A DNA stretch of 64,000 nucleotides, from NCBI GenBank assembly GCA_965197475.1, contig CBDANF010000003.1, positions 2,560,001 to 2,624,000 of the forward strand, given 5' to 3'. The first letter of the stretch is position 1; each line of letters starts with the position of its first letter. Shown in pieces: positions 1 to 10,578 of this stretch. The notes below the pieces were generated by a model that saw only the letters and a program-made list of their open reading frames with translations, ran no database searches and was not told the DNA's origin. The DNA comes from Candidatus Poribacteria bacterium. Lineage in GTDB: Bacteria; Poribacteria; WGA-4E; WGA-3G. A program made the translations under genes and the position numbers.

Positions 1-154
1 TCAACGAGTGTTTTAGTTTGGTCTGTTAGAATCTTACTACATTTTGCACAATTTTACAATTCTTTTTATTTATTTTGTATAATGTGATAATATTGTGTAA
101 CAAAAAGGGTAACACACCAGTTTTGCTGGTACGTTATAAATAAAAACGCAAATA

Positions 155-182
155 TAAAAAAGGCGCGGTTTCCACCGCGCCT
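155..182 (-). terminator. Rho-independent terminator of the TonB-dependent receptor gene
   Basis: Hairpin aggcgcgg-tttcca-ccgcgcct (161-182) followed by a T-run on the minus strand, 30 bp past the stop. Confidence 0.8.
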
Positions 183-211
183 AAATATCGGACTAACTAC
201 AAAACATCATA

Positions 212-3022
212 CTAAAAACTATATGAAAGTTTCGCGTAGTAGAGACCACCGTTGAAACCGAACGGTGCCGACCTTCTGGAATAGGTGAAGACACCGGGGG
301 AGTCAATAATGACTTGTCCAGCACCATCCTCTAATTTTCCACCACGTGACTGTCCAATCTCGTTTTCATCAGGGACTTGATCCAACAGATTGTTTGCACC
401 GATGGTCAGTGAAAGTCCTTCATTCAGTTGATAATTACCTTGAATATCGGTTAGCCATTTGCCACCGTAGGTTTGACGAGCGGGATCGTCCCCGCTTCCT
501 TCCTGAACAGTATATTCGCCAAAGTAGCGCAACGCTGCACCAAGAGTGAGATCACCAACAATGTAATCTGCACTGACGTTAATACGGGTGTTCGGCTGCC
601 ACTCTTCAATCATAGAACGTTCTTGTGATGGAAAGAGTGTATCCTCTAACCCAACCAAAATTTCGGGTGCTTCCACATCACCAATAACTTCGGTGTCTGC
701 AAAGGTAAAGGCAACTTTCAAATTGAGAAGTGATTCGTTGTCAAAAGCGTGCAGATAGCCAGCAGCGACATCAACACCTTGTGTGCGTGTCTGCGCGACG
801 TTCGTAAAGACCTGTGCACTATTAGCACCCGCTTCCGCTAATCCCTCAACATTGTCCGCACTAAAACTACCACTAAGCACGATACGGTCGTCAATCTGAA
901 TAAGGAATCCATCAACTGAAAGCCATAATTTATCAAGCGGTTTCAACACGACACCACCAGATACGTTAAACGCAGTCTCCTGTTTCAACTCAGGAATACC
1001 GAGTGCACGCGCAGCATCACTATCATTACGGAATGTGCCAACTTCAAGCGGAATAAGTTCCTCAGTGTCACCGTTTCCATTGATGTCATCAGCATCAATT
1101 TTGAATTGTGTGCTGATATTATTGAAGTAGAGTTGTTGCAGTGAAGGCGCACGGAAGCCTGTGCTACCTGCAGCGCGAACAGCAACCTGTTTTGTAAAGT
1201 CATAACGTGCTGTTGCTTTCCCTGTAACAGTTGCCCCAAAGTCGCTATACTGTTCGCCACGAACTGCTGCGCCGACGAGAAGTCCACTTCCGGGTCCACC
1301 ACTCAGATATGATTCAAAGTCTGCATATCCTGCGATATTCGTGCGGCTTTCATCCGTTTCTTGATTCGGACGGAAACCGGGGAAGACCTGGATACCTGCA
1401 ACAGCACCTTCCACACCGAGTCCGGCGTCTACCCAAGAAACAGGTTCACCCGCATTGATTCCGTATCCTTCACGACGAAATTCAACACCACCTGCCAAAT
1501 TGATAAGCGAGGATTGATACTCAAGCGGATAGCTGACATCTAAATTAAACGCTGTCTGTGAGAGTTCAAATCCACCCGCATCCGCTGAGGTCGGGCTCGC
1601 TGCGCCATAAGAGGCATTCATAGAATTGGAAATGAAAAAGTCAAAGGTGTTTAACCCGTGATTGACACTCACATCAACATTCAGATCCGTTGCCTCATGT
1701 GTCCAAGCCGCTCCAAAGGCGAGTGAAACATCTTCAATGCTTGTGTTGATTTCTGGTAGGAAACCATCAGGATAAATATCAGTGACCGTTCGATCTGCTT
1801 GGTTGGCTCTACGATAAAAACCAGCACTGTTGTTCTGACGTGTGGAGTATCCACCGAATGAATACAACTCCATGCCGCCAACTATTGGTAATCCGAAGTT
1901 GTAAAATCCGACTTTTTGTGATGAGTCTGCATCACCGATACGGAAGTTTTGACGGTCAAATGTGTATTCGGGTGAATCAAACCACACTGGCTTTTCACCT
2001 ACTACATTTCCATCTGCGCCTTTTACCTCAAGCATGGCATCGGGTTCTCGTTCTGGAATTTCTACATCTGCAGTTTCTTCTACCCAGTCATATTGACGCT
2101 CACCAGAGAGTCCAGCGCGGTTCGTGCGGTATCTGTCGCGCCACTCTGCTGTGAGGTTAATGAAACCGGATTCACCTACCTTCATACCGTAGTTGGCGTT
2201 TCCGATCCATGTATCACCATCACCTTCGTAGGTTTGTCCCCAATAAAGGTTCGCGTCGCCTGTATCAACATCGTCTTTCAAGACTATGTTAATCACACCA
2301 GCGATAGCATCCGAACCGTACTGTGCGGCAGCACCATCACGCAGCACCTCAATTCGTTCAATCGCAGCAGCAGGAATCGCGTTGAAATCAGTGCCTGCGG
2401 TACCACGACCAACCGAAGTATTGATGTGCAACAACGCGCTTTTGTGACGACGTTTGCCGTTCACAAGTACCAACGTCTGGTCTGGCCCCAAGCCCCGCAA
2501 TGTGGCTGGACGTAAAGCATCTGTACCATCACTAATTGATGAACTGGAAAAGTTGAAAGAAGGTACTAACATCTGAAGGACGCGACCGGTTTCAGATTGT
2601 CCTGTTAGACTAAGTTGTTCTCTGTTCACCACTTCAATCGGCACGGGTGCTTGTAATGCGCGACGACCAATACTCCGCGTACCGACTACGACTATCGATT
2701 CGATGGTTTGGATTGGGGCAAGCATTACCATTAATTCGGTCTGTCCTGCTGTAACATTTATCCGTCTGTCAACAAAACCGATGGCAGTAATTTCAACAGA
2801 CTGTGCACCTGCCACATCATCAAACATGGCAGCTCCATTATCATCTGTTGTCTGTTCTTCGCCACCAATTAGTACTTTAGCTGAGGCGATGGCAGTTCCA
2901 TCCTCGTCTTGAACAACAACTTTGAGTGCATCTGCATTTGCAGTCAACGGTATTACTGATAGGATGCCAAATAAGATACTGACAACATACCAAAGATACC
3001 TATTATTTTCGGAAATTTGCAT
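212..3022 (-). CDS. TonB-dependent outer-membrane receptor
   Basis: 936 aa; signal peptide, carboxypeptidase-regulatory-like N-domain, plug motifs LRGLGPDQTLVLVNGKR and IERIEVLRDGAAAQYGSDAIAGVINI, C-terminal YSF. Confidence 0.95.
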   Translation of the reverse strand: MQISENNRYLWYVVSILFGILSVIPLTANADALKVVVQDEDGTAIASAKVLIGGEEQTTDDNGAAMFDDVAGAQSVEITAIGFVDRRINVTAGQTELMVMLAPIQTIESIVVVGTRSIGRRALQAPVPIEVVNREQLSLTGQSETGRVLQMLVPSFNFSSSSISDGTDALRPATLRGLGPDQTLVLVNGKRRHKSALLHINTSVGRGTAGTDFNAIPAAAIERIEVLRDGAAAQYGSDAIAGVINIVLKDDVDTGDANLYWGQTYEGDGDTWIGNANYGMKVGESGFINLTAEWRDRYRTNRAGLSGERQYDWVEETADVEIPEREPDAMLEVKGADGNVVGEKPVWFDSPEYTFDRQNFRIGDADSSQKVGFYNFGLPIVGGMELYSFGGYSTRQNNSAGFYRRANQADRTVTDIYPDGFLPEINTSIEDVSLAFGAAWTHEATDLNVDVSVNHGLNTFDFFISNSMNASYGAASPTSADAGGFELSQTAFNLDVSYPLEYQSSLINLAGGVEFRREGYGINAGEPVSWVDAGLGVEGAVAGIQVFPGFRPNQETDESRTNIAGYADFESYLSGGPGSGLLVGAAVRGEQYSDFGATVTGKATARYDFTKQVAVRAAGSTGFRAPSLQQLYFNNISTQFKIDADDINGNGDTEELIPLEVGTFRNDSDAARALGIPELKQETAFNVSGGVVLKPLDKLWLSVDGFLIQIDDRIVLSGSFSADNVEGLAEAGANSAQVFTNVAQTRTQGVDVAAGYLHAFDNESLLNLKVAFTFADTEVIGDVEAPEILVGLEDTLFPSQERSMIEEWQPNTRINVSADYIVGDLTLGAALRYFGEYTVQEGSGDDPARQTYGGKWLTDIQGNYQLNEGLSLTIGANNLLDQVPDENEIGQSRGGKLEDGAGQVIIDSPGVFTYSRRSAPFGFNGGLYYAKLSYSF

Positions 3023-3296
3023 TTAATTGCTCCTTAGGTTTTACCTGAAGAATCTGTGTAATTTTTTATAAATTATGAAGCGGATCTTGATGGACCCCTG
3101 ATGTTCATCTGTTTATCCGCACACAATACCATAATTATGACTTATTTTACAGCAAAATGCAAATTAATTTGATAAAACCAGTATTTTATGATTTCACTTG
3201 CATATCGGAGGGACACTATTGTAAGCCCAACGTTCTGATTTTTTAACAACAAACTCAGTTTTTATGCTAAACTAAATTGTGTTTATATTAACGTCA

Positions 3297-3471
3297 CAGG
3301 ACTTACGCATTTTCTCTTAAAGTCCCCCTGATAAGGGGGACTTAGGGGGTTAAAAACACGGAAATAACAACTTTGAACTGCGGGATGGACGCATGAGTGG
3401 TAGAATCCTTGATGCATCTGCCAGTTTAACCCCCCTAACCCCCCTTATCAAGGGGGAATGCGTAAGTCCTG
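3297..3471. mobile_element. MITE-like palindromic element (175 bp)
   Basis: Perfect 15-bp terminal IR caggacttacgcatt / aatgcgtaagtcctg; internal mirrored G/C-run hairpins (aagtccccctgataagggggactt; cccccttatcaaggggg). Confidence 0.7.
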
Positions 3472-3591
3472 CGTGAGTTTGATAATAGATGCGGTTAGGA
3501 AACCTCACCTACCAAGGTGTGTGCACTTTGAAAAATTGGATAGATACGATATTCTGTTCCAAATTTTGGGAGGATCGAAAAGAGAGAAAAC

Positions 3592-5202
3592 ATGTTTGGC
3601 TCAATGATGAACTATCCTTTGACACTCGCTCAGATATGTGAGCATGCACACCGCATCCATGCTGATAAGCACGTCCACACGCTATTGTCCAACGGAAAGG
3701 TGCATACCTATAACTACGCTACGCTATACACCCGCGTGAAACAATTAGCAAACGCCATCACTCAATTCGGTATACGCCCAGGCGATAGAGTCGCAACTTT
3801 CGCTTCCAACACCTATCAACACTTAGAACTCTTATGCGCAATCCCGTTTACTGGCGCAATCATTCATCCTTTGAACGTTCGCCTCTCTCCAATGCAACTC
3901 GCGAAAATAGTCAAAGCGGCAGAGGACAAACTCATTTTTGTTGATGGATTGTTTTTCGACCAATTTGCCAAAGTACGACAAGAGATTGACTGTCCGCCAG
4001 TTGTTCTCATTAATGTAAATGCTGTTAAGGATCAAACCCGTACTCACTTTTCTATTGAATATGAAAAGTTTTTTTGCGAAGCAGATCATGATTACATATC
4101 GGATATTCCGGACGAAAATTGGGCGATGGGGCTATGTTACACAAGCGGAACAGACGGTGAACCGAAGGGGGTTCTCTACACGCACCGCTCAATGTTCCTC
4201 CACACTCTGGCAGTAAATCAAGCAGATGTGTTCGGATTAACGGAGTCAGATGTAGTAATGCCGCTTGTGCCGATATTCCACGCGATGGGGTGGGGAATTC
4301 CTTACGCATGTATGTTTGCTGGGGCAGATACCGTGTTATCCGGTGCTAACCATGAGCGAATTGTTGACCTCATCGCTGAAACAAGGGTGACCGTTGCTGC
4401 TGGTGTGCCGACGGTCTGGGCAAGACTTTTGCCTGAATTGCAAAAAAGAAAACACGATATATCTTCATTGAAAAAACTCATAATAGGTGGGGAGGCAATA
4501 CCACCTACGCTCGTTGAAGCTTATGAAAAAGAACTTGGGGTTGAGGTGTGCCATGCATGGGGCATGACTGAAATGTCACCAACAGGAACGTTCTGTACCC
4601 TGCGCGGAACACATCAAAACTTACCTGATACTGAAAAATGGAAGATTAAGACGATGCAAGGCAGACCTATTTCCGGCGTTCAGATTCGCCTCTCAAGTGA
4701 ATATGGCAGCGAACTCCCTTGGGACGGAAGGACGATCGGAGAGGTACAGGTGAGAAGTCCTTGGACAGCAAGCAGCTATTATAAGAATGACTCGACACCT
4801 GAACATTTCACAGCTGATGGATGGTTGCGAACAGGCGACCTTGTGACTATCAACGCGGATGGTTACATGCAGGTTGTTGACCGAGTGAAGGCACTTATCC
4901 GCAGTGGTGGAGAGTCTATCTCTACTGTCGCATTAGAGGCTGTTCTGTTGAAACATCCGCATGTAAACGAGGCAGCGGTGATAGGTGTGCCCGACGAAAA
5001 ATGGGGTGAACGACCGCTTGCAGTCGTTGTTCTTGCGGAACAGACGGATGATAGTATTTCGGAGATATTGAAACAACACCTTGCTACCGAATTCCCGAAA
5101 TTCTGGATACCGGACAAGTTCGTTTTTGTTAACGAAATACCGAAAACAGGCGTTGGTAAATCGGATAAACGCGCTATTTTGCAGATGTTAGCACCTAAAT
5201 GA
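3592..5202 (+). CDS. Medium/long-chain acyl-CoA ligase (AlkK/DmdB-like)
   Basis: AMP-binding motif YTSGTDGEPKG, FHAMGWG, WGMTE, GWLRTGD, PKTGVGK. Confidence 0.9.
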   Translation: MFGSMMNYPLTLAQICEHAHRIHADKHVHTLLSNGKVHTYNYATLYTRVKQLANAITQFGIRPGDRVATFASNTYQHLELLCAIPFTGAIIHPLNVRLSPMQLAKIVKAAEDKLIFVDGLFFDQFAKVRQEIDCPPVVLINVNAVKDQTRTHFSIEYEKFFCEADHDYISDIPDENWAMGLCYTSGTDGEPKGVLYTHRSMFLHTLAVNQADVFGLTESDVVMPLVPIFHAMGWGIPYACMFAGADTVLSGANHERIVDLIAETRVTVAAGVPTVWARLLPELQKRKHDISSLKKLIIGGEAIPPTLVEAYEKELGVEVCHAWGMTEMSPTGTFCTLRGTHQNLPDTEKWKIKTMQGRPISGVQIRLSSEYGSELPWDGRTIGEVQVRSPWTASSYYKNDSTPEHFTADGWLRTGDLVTINADGYMQVVDRVKALIRSGGESISTVALEAVLLKHPHVNEAAVIGVPDEKWGERPLAVVVLAEQTDDSISEILKQHLATEFPKFWIPDKFVFVNEIPKTGVGKSDKRAILQMLAPK

Positions 5203-5236
5203 GGCTGTGCCAAAAAAAATAGAAGGAAACTACACT

Positions 5237-5962
5237 ATGCCAAACACGAACCATAAGTTAAGTCAAGATGAGATGGATCAATTTCGGAAACAGGGATACC
5301 TCGGTCCCTTCACACTCTGTAGTCCAGAAGATATGCTCAACATGCAACCGGAAATTGAGAAGATACTCGAAACTGATGCGCCAGACCACAAAAATAGGGT
5401 GCATAACCGCCATCTCGATTTTTCGTTGATCCATGACCTTGCCACACATCCGACTATCGTTGAAAAGATGGCATCATTATATGGAGCGAATCTACTGCTC
5501 TGGCGCACCAACTTTTTTGTCAAGGAACCCGGCGCAAAAGAGATTCCGTGGCATCAAGATTTCAACTATTGGCCCCTTGAACCGCCAATTATCATTTCGG
5601 CATGGATTGCTATTGATTCTGCGACACTGGAAAACAGTTGTTTGCAGATTGTGCCTGGATCGCATCGCAAAGTAATCCCGCACGTAAAGGCGACATCTGA
5701 TATGGCGTTCGGTCAGATGGGTGACCTTGGTTTCGTTGATACAAGCAATTTCGTGAATCTGGAGATGCAACCGGGGGAATTTGTGCTATTTAATGAACGG
5801 ACACTTCACCACTCAGAGGCGAACCGTTCCGACAAAAGACGCATCGGTTTGGCTGTCCGTGTCATCGTTCCGATTGTCAAAGTCTTTACTTGGGATTCGC
5901 AACAACATGAATTGATTGTTATTCATGGCGAAGACCCCGTTCAATTCAATAAAAGGAGTTAA
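5237..5962 (+). CDS. Phytanoyl-CoA dioxygenase (PhyH) family Fe/2OG oxygenase
   Basis: WHQD, AWIA, PGSH, H..EAN.S.KRR motifs; ATG at 5237 after an AAGGA RBS. Confidence 0.9.
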   Translation: MPNTNHKLSQDEMDQFRKQGYLGPFTLCSPEDMLNMQPEIEKILETDAPDHKNRVHNRHLDFSLIHDLATHPTIVEKMASLYGANLLLWRTNFFVKEPGAKEIPWHQDFNYWPLEPPIIISAWIAIDSATLENSCLQIVPGSHRKVIPHVKATSDMAFGQMGDLGFVDTSNFVNLEMQPGEFVLFNERTLHHSEANRSDKRRIGLAVRVIVPIVKVFTWDSQQHELIVIHGEDPVQFNKRS

Positions 5963-5963
5963 T

Positions 5964-6974
5964 ATGAATCGTCAAATTACGTTAGCCTCCCGTCCTGTTG
6001 GGTATCCCAAAGAATCTGATTTCAAACTTGTAGAAACCCCAATTCCGGCACCCGAAGATGGACAAGTGCTTCTAAAAACTATCTATCTCTCAGTCGATCC
6101 TTATATGCGAGGACGGATGAATCAGGCACGTTCTTACGCTGCCAACGTTGAATTTAATGAAGTTATGGTAGGTGGAGTAATTGCTCAGGTTGTAAAGTCG
6201 AAACATTCCGATTTTCAGGTCGGCGATATTGTCAATGCGCATATCGGGTGGCAGGAATATGGTGTATCTCGCGGCGAAGAGTTGCGGAAAATTGATCCGG
6301 CAATCGCCCCGATCTCAACAGGTGTCGGAATTTTGGGGATGCCGGGGTTGACAGCATACTTCGGGTTACTTGAGGTTGGCAAACTTCAAGATGGTGAAAC
6401 GGTATTCGTCTCAGGTGCAGCAGGCGCGGTCGGTTCAGTGGTCGGGCAGATTGCAAAAATCAAAGGGTGCCGTGTTGTCGGTTCAGCAGGTACTGATGAA
6501 AAGGTTTCCTATATTCTTGATGAACTCGGTTTTGATGCAGCGTTCAACTACAAGAACGTCAATAATTATTACGAGAAATTAGCGGAACTTTGCCCCGATG
6601 GGATTGACGTGTATTTTGACAATGTTGGTGGGCGAATCACAGATGCGGTTTTTCCGAATTTAAGAGTCAAGGGACGCGTGGCTATCTGTGGACAGATTTC
6701 ACAATATAACTTGGAAAACCCTGAAACGGGACCACGCTTTCTTTGGCATCTCATTACGAAGCGCGCGCGAATTGAAGGATTCCTCGTGTTTGAATTTGCC
6801 GATAGACATGCCGAGGCTCTTGTCCAAATGACAGAATGGGTTAGGCAGGGTAAATTGAAATACCGAGAGACAATCGCTGAAGGAGGCATCGGAAAAGCAC
6901 CTGCGGCTTTCATTAGCATGCTTAAAGGTGGCAATATCGGAAAACAACTAGTCAAAATTGCCGATCTCAGTTGA
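5964..6974 (+). CDS. NADP-dependent oxidoreductase (CurA/prostaglandin reductase family)
   Basis: YLSVDPYMRGRM, LGMPGLTAY, SGAAGAVG, YFDNVGG; AAGGAG RBS before ATG 5964. Confidence 0.93.
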   Translation: MNRQITLASRPVGYPKESDFKLVETPIPAPEDGQVLLKTIYLSVDPYMRGRMNQARSYAANVEFNEVMVGGVIAQVVKSKHSDFQVGDIVNAHIGWQEYGVSRGEELRKIDPAIAPISTGVGILGMPGLTAYFGLLEVGKLQDGETVFVSGAAGAVGSVVGQIAKIKGCRVVGSAGTDEKVSYILDELGFDAAFNYKNVNNYYEKLAELCPDGIDVYFDNVGGRITDAVFPNLRVKGRVAICGQISQYNLENPETGPRFLWHLITKRARIEGFLVFEFADRHAEALVQMTEWVRQGKLKYRETIAEGGIGKAPAAFISMLKGGNIGKQLVKIADLS

Positions 6975-6981
6975 AAATTCG

Positions 6982-7926
6982 TTAATATCCCTTACGTTTA
7001 TCTATTACACTCAGGAGCGGTTTTCCAACGCGAAAACGTTCTAAGTTATCACAGAAAAGAGCTACCGTCCGATCCATCCGAATCGGTGAACCGCCAGCGA
7101 CGTGCGGTGTTATGATGACATTCGGCATGTCCCACAACGGACTATCTGAAGGGAGCGGTTCTTCAGGTGTAACATCCAACCCTGCACCGCCAATGAGTCC
7201 ATCATTTAAGGCACGCAGCAGTGCTGGTCCATCAACTATCTTGCCTCGTGTGACGTTGATAAGTAATGCATGCGATTTCATACTTTGGAACGCTGCATCG
7301 TCAAACATACCTTTCGTTTCTGATGTCAGCGGGGCACAGATACACACGATGTCTGACTGGGCAAGCAAATCATGAAATCTGTCCATCTTCCAGATTTCAT
7401 GAACGAATGTCGGTGCCTCAACAGGTTCTGGGTCAACAGCGATGACACGCATATCAAAGCCTTGTGCGCGACGGGCAACTTCAATCCCTGTTCCGCCAAA
7501 ACCGACAATCCCAAGTGTTCGCTCGCCCAGTTCCCACGCTGCCAAACGGATTGACATCTTATTGTCCCATGTCCGTTCCCGCGCCGAACGACCAACGCCC
7601 CGAATCAAGCCGAGAATCAATGCCCACGCCTGATCTGCCAAATGCGTTCCGACAAACCCTTTCGCACTTGTCAAAATAACGTCACTTTCAACAAATTCTT
7701 TGAACAGAATACCATCTACACCTGCTGCCCACACTTGCACCCACTTCAATTGCTTAGCGTTTTCAAAAAGCGCACGGTTAAACCCACCAAATACAATGTC
7801 AGTATCTACAATTTCGCGTAACGCTTCTTCTGAATTTTGTGGATTAACAATGCGTATTGTATCAGAAATTGATTCTATCTGCTGCTGTTGTTCCGATGTA
7901 ATATCTGAGTAAATCAAAATTTTCAT
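6982..7926 (-). CDS. D-2-hydroxyacid dehydrogenase family protein
   Basis: GxGxxG, LINVTRG, GAGLDVT..EPL, ITPHVAG. Confidence 0.92.
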   Translation of the reverse strand: MKILIYSDITSEQQQQIESISDTIRIVNPQNSEEALREIVDTDIVFGGFNRALFENAKQLKWVQVWAAGVDGILFKEFVESDVILTSAKGFVGTHLADQAWALILGLIRGVGRSARERTWDNKMSIRLAAWELGERTLGIVGFGGTGIEVARRAQGFDMRVIAVDPEPVEAPTFVHEIWKMDRFHDLLAQSDIVCICAPLTSETKGMFDDAAFQSMKSHALLINVTRGKIVDGPALLRALNDGLIGGAGLDVTPEEPLPSDSPLWDMPNVIITPHVAGGSPIRMDRTVALFCDNLERFRVGKPLLSVIDKRKGY

Positions 7927-7977
7927 GTTGACATCTTCTCCATTTGGTGATACGGTATATGTAAATAAACTACTTTT

Positions 7978-8490
7978 TTGCGTATTTTCTCAGAAGGAGG
8001 AAAAAGTTTGGTAAACTTAGATTTAAATCGTTTCTGCTCCGTTGTACTTACGATATTTTCCATTAGCCTTATACTCACCGCTGGATTCATTACCGGTTGT
8101 GGTGACGAAGGTGATCCAGTTACAAATGTGGTCAACGGAGATGGCGATAAACAACCAGATACTGGTACCGAGGAACCTGTTGAAGAACCAGAAGAACCGA
8201 AAGTTTCTTTTAAGGATGATATTTCACCAATCCTCACCCAGAGTTGTGCCTTTGCCGGGTGCCACGTCGCCGGACACGTCACTAACCTTGACCTATCCAC
8301 CTACGATGCCTTCAAAAAGGGTGGAGATAGAGGTCCCGCTTTTGTAGCAGGCGATGCACAAGAGAGTCTTGTTGTAAAATATATTGAAGGTAGATTAGAA
8401 CCACAAATGCCTATCAATGGAGTGCCTTTAAACGGAGAACAGGTCCAACTCTTTATAGATTGGATCAATGAAGTCGCAGAAAACAACTAA
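7978..8490 (+). CDS. Lipoprotein with planctomycete-type cytochrome c domain
   Basis: Lipobox ITGC; VSFKDDISPIL..SCAFAGCH..L.L..Y....KGG..G...QMP....I.WI; the real start is probably a few codons downstream. Confidence 0.75.
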   Translation: MRIFSEGGKSLVNLDLNRFCSVVLTIFSISLILTAGFITGCGDEGDPVTNVVNGDGDKQPDTGTEEPVEEPEEPKVSFKDDISPILTQSCAFAGCHVAGHVTNLDLSTYDAFKKGGDRGPAFVAGDAQESLVVKYIEGRLEPQMPINGVPLNGEQVQLFIDWINEVAENN

Positions 8491-8674
8491 TCCTGCCACA
8501 TACTCACTTATTTGCAGGGCGAGTCATTGTGCTTCGCCCTGCAGGTTTTTATCCATTACTTCTAAAGCACTCCCACTTTTTTGCCATATCTTTTGTCATC
8601 ATACCATCGTTTTGTATATGGGTCAACGTTAAAAAACTCCTTACTTTTGGATATAAGTTTCTGGCATTAACCAT

Positions 8675-8856
8675 ACTCTTTGTCTTGGGTGAGAACTTTG
8701 TAAGTCCGAATCATGAAATACTTCGATTTCGCGCGGTGACCTCCCACGTTTCCTGACAATACCCAACTCTTTGTCTTGGGTGAGAACTTTGTAAGTCCGA
8801 ATCATGAAATACTTCGATTTCGCGCGGTGACCTCCCACGTTTCCTGACAATACCCA
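8675..8856. repeat. Perfect 91-bp tandem duplication
   Basis: 8675-8765 is identical to 8766-8856 and includes the 3' end and stop of the D-TA gene. Confidence 0.95.
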
Positions 8857-9911
8857 TCTGCATCTATGATATAGTAGAACGGATGCAGCGCAACTGATGG
8901 ACAGATATGCGTCGGGCATACATAAACCTCTTGTCCGATTTGTATAGGGGTATCTTCAGGGATATTTACTGCCCAATGTTCCTCGTGTTGTGTGTCTACC
9001 TCGGCTTCGTCAATATTCAAAATAGTGCCGCGCACGCCATCAGGGTCAGCGGCGATGGCTTTGTGTCCTAAATCAAGCGTGATACGGTTCGGTGTAGGAA
9101 TACTAATGACGCGGCTCAGCAGCAACGCTGCTGGGGTAAAACCGAGGTCGGGATAGTGCGTAGCGTAACCGTAGTCATGAAATATAAACGTGCCTGGTGA
9201 TGCTTCCACACCTGATGTTTCGGCATAGATAGGAAATGTCGGCGTGCCGCCCATCACAATCAACGGCACGGGGAGACCTTTAGCAGAAAGCATGTCTTGC
9301 ATCTCTTTAACTTGAATGAGGCTTTGATTGCAAGCGTATCGGCGTGCTGCAATACCTTCATCATGAATATGTCCATCGTATACATGCAGACCCCAAGGTT
9401 GTAAACCATCTGATTGATCAATAGATTCGTAGATTTCCACAGCACCATCACTGACAGGTGCCCCGGTCCGATGCATTCCCACATCAAGGTCAAGCATCAC
9501 TTTAACGTTTAAACCGAGTTTTGCCGTAGCGGCAGAGAGGGCCGTCACCGCATCTTTATGGTCAACGATTATCTTGAAATCGGCATTTGGATACCATTGC
9601 TGTAGTGCCAGAAACCGATTGATATTTGGACCCACCATTTGGTATGCGATTAAAATATCTTCTATACCGTTTTGTGCGAGCATTTCTGCTTCTCGCAGCG
9701 TGGCGCATTTGTGTTTGAGGATACCCGCTTCACGTTCCATTTCAATTACCTGCGCTGTTTTGTGTGTTTTCGCATGGGGTCTAAGTTTTGAGACATCGCC
9801 ATCAACAATAGTGATAGCGTGCGCAATGTTCTTCCTAACTAGTTCAAGATAGACAACTAATGCAGGACTCGGTATTTTTTCAACGTTCTGTATACGATAT
9901 TTCTGATCCAT
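8802..9911 (-). CDS. D-threonine aldolase / D-serine dehydratase family PLP enzyme
   Basis: LRPHAKTHK, YDGH, GGTPT, EEH, PTHICP motifs. Confidence 0.9.
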   Translation of the reverse strand: MDQKYRIQNVEKIPSPALVVYLELVRKNIAHAITIVDGDVSKLRPHAKTHKTAQVIEMEREAGILKHKCATLREAEMLAQNGIEDILIAYQMVGPNINRFLALQQWYPNADFKIIVDHKDAVTALSAATAKLGLNVKVMLDLDVGMHRTGAPVSDGAVEIYESIDQSDGLQPWGLHVYDGHIHDEGIAARRYACNQSLIQVKEMQDMLSAKGLPVPLIVMGGTPTFPIYAETSGVEASPGTFIFHDYGYATHYPDLGFTPAALLLSRVISIPTPNRITLDLGHKAIAADPDGVRGTILNIDEAEVDTQHEEHWAVNIPEDTPIQIGQEVYVCPTHICPSVALHPFYYIIDADGYCQETWEVTARNRSIS

Positions 9912-9942
9912 TTTAGTACCTCTCCATAGGTTTCTTTTCCTA

Positions 9943-10557
9943 TTAGCGACCATTAAACCGATTCATTGCCGTAAGAATACCATCTTTGAGATATGTTTCG
10001 ACCACTTCAACCGCACGTTCAATGGTATGCCCTATCTCAATTTCTTCTTCTTTCGAAAATTCTGAGAGCACATAATCCACTAAGTCACCGACAGGTTCAC
10101 CGATGCCGATACGCAAGCGTGGGAACTCATTTGTACCCAGATGATGGATAATAGATTGCATCCCTTTCTGACCGCCGTCACTTCCCTTTTGTCGTATTCG
10201 AATCATACCGATGTCCAAGTGAACATCATCGTAGATAATGCATAGATCAGTAAGTGGAACATCAAACCGATTGACAAGAGGTGCGACAGCTGAACCGCTG
10301 CTGTTCATGTATGTCATTGGCTTGGCAAGGATGATATCTGAGTCGTACAATTTAGTCTGCATGACGAGTGATTTACAGATAGAGATTACGCGCTTGGTAG
10401 CGGCATTTTCAGCACTCTCTGCCGACAGTATTTTATTGTAGAGTGCATCAATCACTCGGAAACCGATATTGTGTTTGGTATGTTCGTATCGAAGCCCTGG
10501 ATTACCGAGTCCGATGATGAGTTTCACGGTTTTCTCCGCTGCGTTCTTACCTGCCAT
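9943..10557 (-). CDS. pth: Peptidyl-tRNA hydrolase
   Basis: IIGLGNPG..Y..T.HNIGF, KPMTYMN.SG, RLRIGIG. Confidence 0.96.
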   Translation of the reverse strand: MAGKNAAEKTVKLIIGLGNPGLRYEHTKHNIGFRVIDALYNKILSAESAENAATKRVISICKSLVMQTKLYDSDIILAKPMTYMNSSGSAVAPLVNRFDVPLTDLCIIYDDVHLDIGMIRIRQKGSDGGQKGMQSIIHHLGTNEFPRLRIGIGEPVGDLVDYVLSEFSKEEEIEIGHTIERAVEVVETYLKDGILTAMNRFNGR

Positions 10558-10578
10558 TAACTAAGTTGTATTGTGAAC

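Noticed and set aside
3592-6974. Acyl-CoA ligase operon as a DMSP demethylation (dmdB) pathway
   Set aside because: Family-level similarity only; no dmdA, dmdC or dmdD nearby.
8675-8856. Repeat as a possible CRISPR array
   Set aside because: Two adjacent 91-bp copies with no spacer and no cas genes.
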